Translations under genes and position numbers: made by a program
NCBI GenBank assembly: GCA_051942205.1
Contig: JAVECO010000126.1
Span: 1-64,000 of the forward strand
Length of the DNA: 64,000 nt
Origin: Coniocarpon cinnabarinum
Lineage: Eukaryota
Direction: 5' to 3'
Notes under the pieces: model-generated
What the model was told of the DNA's origin: nothing
The model's input: the letters and a program-made list of their open reading frames with translations, nothing else
Databases searched by the model: none
Shown: positions 57,166-64,000 of the stretch, piece by piece
How positions within the stretch are numbered: position 1 is the first letter of the stretch
Layout of the letters: each line of letters opens with the position of its first letter

Positions 57166-58099
57166 TCAGCTTGAAATGTCTATCATCAAAGCGTTACTTG
57201 GAATACACTTGCGTCGCAAAGGCGATTGGCATGAAGCGGAAACTCTTTGCATCATCCCAGAAAGCAGTATCGCTGGACATCTGCCCACACTTGCAGACAT
57301 TTCGACGTAGTTCATGCTTGAGATCGATTTCTTACGTCGGAGAAAAATACAAAAAATATACGGACCACCTGGGTCCCCGAATTGTGGCTAGACCGTCCGG
57401 ATTCAGGGTCCTAGGCGACTTGAGCAATAACGCCGTAACCGGCAAATTCCTCTCAGGGTCATATTTGATCATACCATCGTCATCAATCTGTTGGTCACCA
57501 GACAACTTCACAACAAATGCTAATTCTCGTCTTCTTACCGAATAGAATGACGCATTCGAAGCGTTCAGAATCCGCTTTAATTGAGTAGCAATATGACAGA
57601 GGACAACCATGAGAAACGCTTCTTCCGGGCATAAGAAGGGAACGCTTTCTTCCAAAGTGAATCGATTTGAGACAGTTGTGATACGTCGTCAAATCGTCAC
57701 TTATCTCAATGGACGCTCTTTGCAAGTGCATAAGTACATCAAGATCCGTCCAGCAACCGCGCACACTCTCGGGTATTGCGATCATCTTCCTAGGCATCAG
57801 ATCACATCAAAAACGCAATTTGCATTGTGAAATACTTTGGACCGTCGCAATAGGCTTGAGTCTGTTGGCGCAGCCACGCGAAATTTTAATGCGTTGTCAT
57901 TTGAGTGAGGACAAAAGAGATGTTTAACCGGAGATTCGAAAGTATCATAAGAATATTCTGAAAAGCCGGAGTCAAGACCATGATTTACCTCACACACAAA
58001 GTGCTCTACATTCTCTTGTAAAACAGGGAATACGCTTGATAGCTAGAGAAGTCCAAAGTTACACTGCTGGGCCTGAAAACTACTACTGTCAAAGTACTC

Positions 58100-59045
58100 C
58101 AGACTGCACTTGCAACTTTTGGAGGCGCTCTTCAAGTGTCCTCTAAAGACCAATCTTGGTTGTGTCGCAGTTAATGTAATGTCTCCTCTGATAGGCAATC
58201 GGACATAGCGTATTCCTAGACTGCTCTGGAATAATTTAAAAGTCTTCGAAGACAAAGTGGCCTAATTACTGATCTACCGCACGTTTCGAAACATCTATTC
58301 ACTGCTGCATGACCGCTCCATCTCGCCAGTCTGGCTATGAGACAGTCTGGAGATTCCTCGATTTCCGTATCACGATGTAGCTTTTCGTACTTGGATAGCA
58401 TGCGCAGAGCCCAGTGCTGACAGCGTCACTGGAGGAACCCGGAGAAAAGTCTACACTCTTGAGCGGCGGGTGATTATGGCGATCCGTGGAGCATATGCGC
58501 TGTACAACTTGGTTCAAACGAAGTCTGCACTGCTCGAAACCAAGGCCTTACCGAGAGAAGTGACGAAACACAGGTGCAGGTACAACTCCCGACGCAGGTC
58601 GAGGCCAGGGAGCGATCCCTACGCGTTTTCAATACCGGTGATATCTCGTCTAGCCTTATTGTCCGACGTCGCAGGCTAGGATGCTAGTCCCTATCTATTG
58701 AGAGTAGCTGTCTCGAATTGCACTTCCAGGACATCCTCGCCTCCCAGAGTTATTAGGAGGGAGTCTATGCAGCATTTGGGACGAATACGTGTCAGCAATG
58801 CTTGACAACATGCGTGTGGTCTGCATTGAGTTCTGGACCGTTGCCGTGAGCTGCCGGCAGATCGATGCAAGCCAGATCCGAAGATGAATACCTCCAACTA
58901 CGATCCTGGTCATCGCAACAGATATAGATATACACCACAAGAAGCATCTTCCTAGACTTTGGCAAGGATCATGGGGCAACGTCATCCACTACTTTCGCCA
59001 GACATGTTCATGAAGTCTAGGTAGCCTCTCGAACGACTGAATAAA
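58100..59045 (-). pseudogene. Possible heavily decayed HET-domain gene
   Basis: Fragments in the expected order across frames: SFERLPR, CQSLGRCFLW, DDQDRSWRYSSSDLA/SICRQLTATV, PAPVFRHFSR*GLGFEQCR, RAPPKVASAV. They resemble the HET consensus LPKTF..DA..LG..YLWID..QDD..DW..ES..M..IY..A..TI, LSPR.LHF....WEC and RAPSWSWASV. Many stops and frameshifts. Confidence 0.35.
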
Positions 59046-59071
59046 TCCTCCGACTCTGCCAGGATCATAGG

Positions 59072-60078
59072 ATGTATTGTTACACAAGTTTCAGCAAGCA
59101 TCACGTGATCATGCTTGTTAGGTGCTTCACAATGGATTGGATTCTCAAAGTATTCGAACTATTCTCTTGTCTTGGCCACCAAGAGTCGGATCTGCATCTT
59201 CCAAAAAAGTCTAATGAGAGTTTCGACAAGCTACAGCTCTTCATTGAGTATCCACCCAACATCGTCGTGAAGCGACAGCACCGGCAAACTAGTAAGAACA
59301 GCAGCTCCAAACTCACTGTCATCACAGAGTATCAGTGCACTGTCAAATGGGGTCCTGATTTATCTCTTGCGGAGTGCCAAGCACAGTGGTACGCTCGAGT
59401 GATGCTGCTCCCGCATGGCATACCTGTCCCCCAAACCTTTGGATGGCGCACGTATGAAGGGAATCGATTCCTGTATATGGAACTCGTGCCCGGTCAAGAG
59501 TATTACCACCTCAACCATATGCACGCAGTGGGGGAAGTTGACAGGAGAAAAATTGCGGATACCATTCGAGAATGGATACGCGTTTGCGAAAGCGTCGTGC
59601 CGCCTCGAAGCCTTGCTTCAGACTGTGAGTGTAATTAATCATGACTTTCCATACTTCTCGCATTCCCGGCTTATTTTGACAATCAGACAACCTGAACCAG
59701 CATGTCTTTCCTTTCAAAAAGGTACCTGGCCTTGACAATAAAGCGCAAGACATCAGAGACGCCGGACTAGGTTCTTCACCACCATATTACTTTGCCCATG
59801 GGGGATTGCACGGACATAACATTATGTTGGAATGCCAACACGGCCACTGGCGTATCTCTGGGCTTGTTGATTGGGAAAAGGCTGGCTGGTATCCCAAAAA
59901 CTGGCAGCGAGAAGCATGGCGGGCGCGATGCGAGAAGCTGGAAAGAGAAGCGACCATGACAGACCCAGACTACGCTCGCACATACCCAGGACAGCTATGG
60001 CGAGATCTGACTGGGCTGCTCGACCGAGCTCAAATGTCTCACACAGATGAGCGCGAAGCAGGACCAACTCAATCGTAG
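59072..60078 (+). CDS. Aminoglycoside-phosphotransferase/choline-kinase-like (APH) fold protein lacking the catalytic Asp
   Basis: TVKWG..LAECQAQ..IPVPQTFG..FLYMELVPG; intron 59625-59686 joins in frame to FAHGGLHGHNIML..ISGLVDWEKAGWYP. Start codon uncertain (59072, 59111 or 59132). Confidence 0.78.
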
Positions 60079-60721
60079 GTAGTATCCCTTCGTAGGTAAA
60101 CCCTCGGACATGCGACACACAAACGCCTGAGAGCCAAGGACTCCATAAGGCTGCTACTACGGGATGATGATTGGTGGGTACCCGACCTGGGTACAAAGGT
60201 TGACGTCAGCGGATCCAATGCGAGCCGAACCCGCTGGACTAGCGTGGGGGCAGGCACTAGTGAAACTGGGCGCGGTTTCAACTGCAAATCATCCCCCAAA
60301 CTCACTCCCAAACTGCACAACTACCTGCAGTACTTCTTGAATTTTGAAGTTCAATCCATTGCGCAGGCAGTCCATTGCCGATAACCTCGACTTGCGAGCG
60401 CATCTGCTCAGTTCTTGGAGCCGTGAACGCAAGGCTCGACCTTTGTTTTGAAATTTGGGTCACGGAGCCCCCCCACCTTGCGCCGCCATTCTCTGCCGTC
60501 AACAAACGTTGTTTGGAGTTGATGCACAGACTCGTACTTGTCGAAGGACTGTAACAACATCATCAAGGTGCAAATATGTCTGCGCCAACTCTGATTAACC
60601 TCCCTCCCCCACCCTCCGATCCAGTGACTCCTTCGGACATCCCGTGAGTCGCTGGCCCAGCCATTGAACCTCCCTACCCACTGACATAGCCAGGGGTACA
60701 CCTAATTCTGCCACCACCTCA

Positions 60722-61534
60722 ATGTCCGAGCTTTCAACTGTGGCCATCAAGGATGGACATCGTGGCCATCCTCACCACCATTCCCATCGTCAGCCTCAGT
60801 CAGCTGCCGATGGCGCTGACGCTGAACGAGCTGATCGGATCTCGCGCTTAGCTGGTCTTGAGCGCGTGTCCACGGTCCGACAATCATCGACTGCCAGCAC
60901 CCCGGCCGGCACATCTACCACCTCTCAAGGTCCTGGCTATTTCGAGCCACCCACGGCACCTGCAAATACCAACAAAGAGCGCAGCACCGTGGGGAGCGCC
61001 AGTGCCACAGGCAGTGTTGGGGGTCGCACCACGTGGGCGAGCGGCAGTGATGCATTTGACAACACCACTGATAAGATGAGCGAGGATCAGGACATGGACG
61101 CGAGCAGCACCGGTGGCTTCTCTGATGAGGGCAACGCCAGTCTGGTTGGATTCGGGGAGGCTGCCAGTAGCACGGTCAGCGGACCCGTCTCCACCACTGC
61201 CGCCCGCGCAACCCATCGTGGAAGTCTGCAGCCACCTCGCAGCAGCGGCATGGCAGCGCCGCCTTCAAGAGACTCGACCACAGTCCCCATGCAAGGCCTC
61301 TCTCCGCCCACACCCCGCCAGGACGCGCGCATGATCGACGGGATGACCACCGATTCGAGCGTCGTCGACAGTGCATATCACGGGCCGCGTGCCGTTGGCA
61401 ATGATGGAGACGCCGAGCGCATCATGAGCGACCACATGGACATCTCAAGCGAAGGCGGCATGAGCGCGCCCGGTGTTCGCCATGACGGACAGAAGGAGCT
61501 TGGCAAGTTTGGTTTTGAAGACGGGGGGCAGTGA
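60722..61534 (+). CDS. Hypothetical Ser/Gly/Thr-rich protein
   Basis: 270-aa ORF with a good start context (caATGt). Motifs RADRISRLAGLERV, STVGSASATGSVGGRTTWASGSD and SDEGNASLVGFGE look like conserved short linear blocks. Function not recognised. Confidence 0.75.
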   Translation: MSELSTVAIKDGHRGHPHHHSHRQPQSAADGADAERADRISRLAGLERVSTVRQSSTASTPAGTSTTSQGPGYFEPPTAPANTNKERSTVGSASATGSVGGRTTWASGSDAFDNTTDKMSEDQDMDASSTGGFSDEGNASLVGFGEAASSTVSGPVSTTAARATHRGSLQPPRSSGMAAPPSRDSTTVPMQGLSPPTPRQDARMIDGMTTDSSVVDSAYHGPRAVGNDGDAERIMSDHMDISSEGGMSAPGVRHDGQKELGKFGFEDGGQ

Positions 61535-62420
61535 TGGCGCGGTCCACAGGAGCGGGATGTGACTAGAGCGAGGTATACCCAATGGCTTGTTTACGAATGA
61601 CTGCGCCGGTGCGCTGTGAGGTGATGAAGACGTTGATGCAGACAAGAGCTCATGTACGACTACACAGGCAGAGGGATGCTGTTTTATGTATGTACTTGTG
61701 AGTGCATGCAGAGAAGCGATGGAATTTTCATTACTAACAAGATGCGGAGCACGCTCTTGTCCGTGCATTCCTGAATGCGGGTGGACGCGTGTAGATCGAC
61801 CGTTTGTGCAAGTGGTGGGGGGCAGCGCTGGGGATCCTCAGCAAGAGTCACGTGGTGGTGCCGAGTAGTGCCTTAGGGAGTGACGGTGACGTGTCACGTG
61901 TCGAGAACGCAGGGACATCTGCCAGCTCCTGAAACAGCTAGCGCTCACGGCGCTTTCAGAGCCACACTCCGAGACCCTTCGTAAGAATTACCTGCGGTAC
62001 CTTGCTCCGTTCCTGGCGCTCGCTGGCACTCCTTCTCGCTTCTTCCCTCTCTTCCTCCTCCTCTTCCACCTTCTAGCCTCTTCTCGTCCCCTTTGAGCCA
62101 TCCCCGTCGTTGCTCTCACCCATCCGCAGAGGGGTCTACCGGCGCCTCGGATCCTCTTCACGTGCACCTGTGCTTGTTCGGCGATCCAAGCTTCCCTCTG
62201 ATCGAGTTTCTGATCAAAGGATTCAGCAGACCCCTGTCCGAACGTTCAGATCAAGCCAGTGTGCGGCATTGCTTCTTTGTAGAAGACGTCTTGATTTCCT
62301 CGTGTCCATCCCGGAAGTCGACAAGTGTCACTTAGCTCAGCTGTCTTGGCTCTTCTACAAATACCAATTCCAGACCCTGCACAGCATCCGATTCGAAGCG
62401 CCCTGTGTCTTTAACTAGAC

Positions 62421-64000
62421 ATGGCTGAACCCACTCAGATCGCCTGTGCGTCATCCTGACTCTGTCATCCAGGCTTCTGCCAGGACTCTAGGCTAACGCA
62501 GCATCTAGTCCGAACGCTGAAGGGTGTCGGGATTCTCAACACAGCTCCCGCATATCAGCCTCTTCCTGGCTTCGAGAGGTTCGTTTGATCATCCTGTGCA
62601 CAGATCGCTGTCTTCGTCGACTTGCAACTTGTCTTTTCTCGGCCTACCTATTTTAACACTCACATGCTAACGCAAAAGCAGACCTGAGGGCAACATCCGC
62701 TGCACTGCCTACTCCCCCGATGGGCGATATTTTGCTTGGGCTTCGCCAGAACAGTGAGCCTTACGCTCCGTGTCAAACCCCCGTATCAGTGTTGACCGAC
62801 ATATTCTTAGGGTCTCAGTCGTTGAGTCATCCGTCGGTTCCGTGGTGACTGCCCTTCCCGCGCAGAATGTGTTTGAGCTTGGCTTCTCTCCCCACGGGAA
62901 CTACATCATCAGTTGGCAGCGTCCCTCGAAAGATGAGAACGGGGATGCTACGAAAAATCTGAAAGTGTGGAAGACCGTCGATCCTGAGGCTACTGTTGAC
63001 ACCCAACGTACTGTGGTTGGTCAATTCGTGCAGAAGAATCAGACGGGCTGGAACCTGCAGTATACTGCCGACGAAGAGTTCTGTGCTCGTATCGTCACTA
63101 ACGAGATTCACTTTTACCAAAGTGGCGACCTCGGCACTGTTTGGAACAAGCTACGAGTGGAGGGTGCGAGCGACTTTGCTGTTGCACCGGGCAAGGAGCA
63201 TTCAGTTGCGGTCTTTGTCCCGGAGCGCAAAGTACGACACTCCAATCGCTATTCTTCATCCAGCTCGGCTAACATCTGTCCTAGGGCGCGCCTGCTGTTG
63301 TGAAAGTCTTCAACGTTCCCAAGTTCGACCAGGCTGTGTCCCAGAAAACGTTTTACAAGGCCGACAAAGTGCAGCTGAAATGGAATGCAACGGGCAGCAG
63401 CATCATTGTATTGGCATCGACTGACGTCGACAAGAGCAATCGCAGCTACTATGGGGAGAGCAACATGTTCATTCTGAGTGCGAATGGCGGGTTTGATTCT
63501 AGAATTCAACTCGGTAAGTGTCGACATCCCTCAACTGCCATTGCACCTTGCTAATATGTATCACGCATAGACAAGGAAGGCCCAATCCATGATGTGACGT
63601 GGTCTCCTAGTGCTAAAGAATTCGGAGTGGTCTATGGCTATATGCCCGCCAAGACCACCATATTTAACGAGCGCGCTGAGACGCAACATAATTTCAGTCT
63701 TGGCCCGCGCAATACGATTCTCTTTTCTCCTCATGGTCGTTTCGTTCTCATTGCTGGCTTTGGAAACTTGGCCGGAACCTTGGACATCTACGATCTGCAG
63801 AAGGACTATGAGAAAGTTGCGACCATTGAAGCAAGCAACGCTAGCGTGTGCGAGTGGAGTCCTGATGGGACACACATTCTCACTGCTACGACATCTCCCC
63901 GCTTGCGCGTTGATAATGGAGTACGAATATGGCACGTGAGCGGAGCACTCATGTACAACGAGGATATGACGGAGCTGTACGATGTTCAATGGCAGCCTCA
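62421..64000 (+). CDS. eIF2A: Eukaryotic translation initiation factor 2A (WD40), truncated by window end
   Basis: Multi-exon: MAEPTQIAFRTLKG.., RCTAYSPDGRYFAW, FSPHGNYIISWQR, FYKADKVQLKWN, DVDKSNRSYYGE, KEGPIHDVTWSP..EFGVVYGYMPA, PRNTILFSPHGR..AGFGNLAG, TSPRLRVDNG. Confidence 0.95.

Overview
This is a eukaryotic window from a filamentous ascomycete (Pezizomycotina-type), with short GT-AG introns and CTRAC/CTAAC branch sites. Bases 1-~4110 are an extremely AT-rich, RIP-degenerate repeat block. Bases ~4.1-8.7 kb are a transition zone of orphan promoter motifs and decayed gene relics. The rest is compact and gene-dense: AMSH-like JAMM deubiquitinase, a divergent pair of cell-wall genes (a 1.2-kaa GPI mucin and a PIR-motif gene with an in-frame TAG in its signal peptide), VPS41, UNC-50, a decaying PNP_UDP/TPR NLR-type locus, a PB1-chromodomain-UBA protein, a slicer-type Argonaute, RNA14, ASF1, CCT7, an SRR1-like orphan, TAN1, POL2, COX20, a possible HET-domain relic, an APH-like kinase lacking its catalytic Asp, a hypothetical protein and the 5' part of eIF2A. 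The most notable candidates are: (1) a p62/NBR1-like PB1...UBA scaffold with an internal chromodomain, directly downstream of Argonaute; (2) an apparent intronic alternative promoter in Argonaute; (3) an NLR-like locus that lost its nucleotide-binding module. All family calls come from motif recognition by eye; no searches were run.
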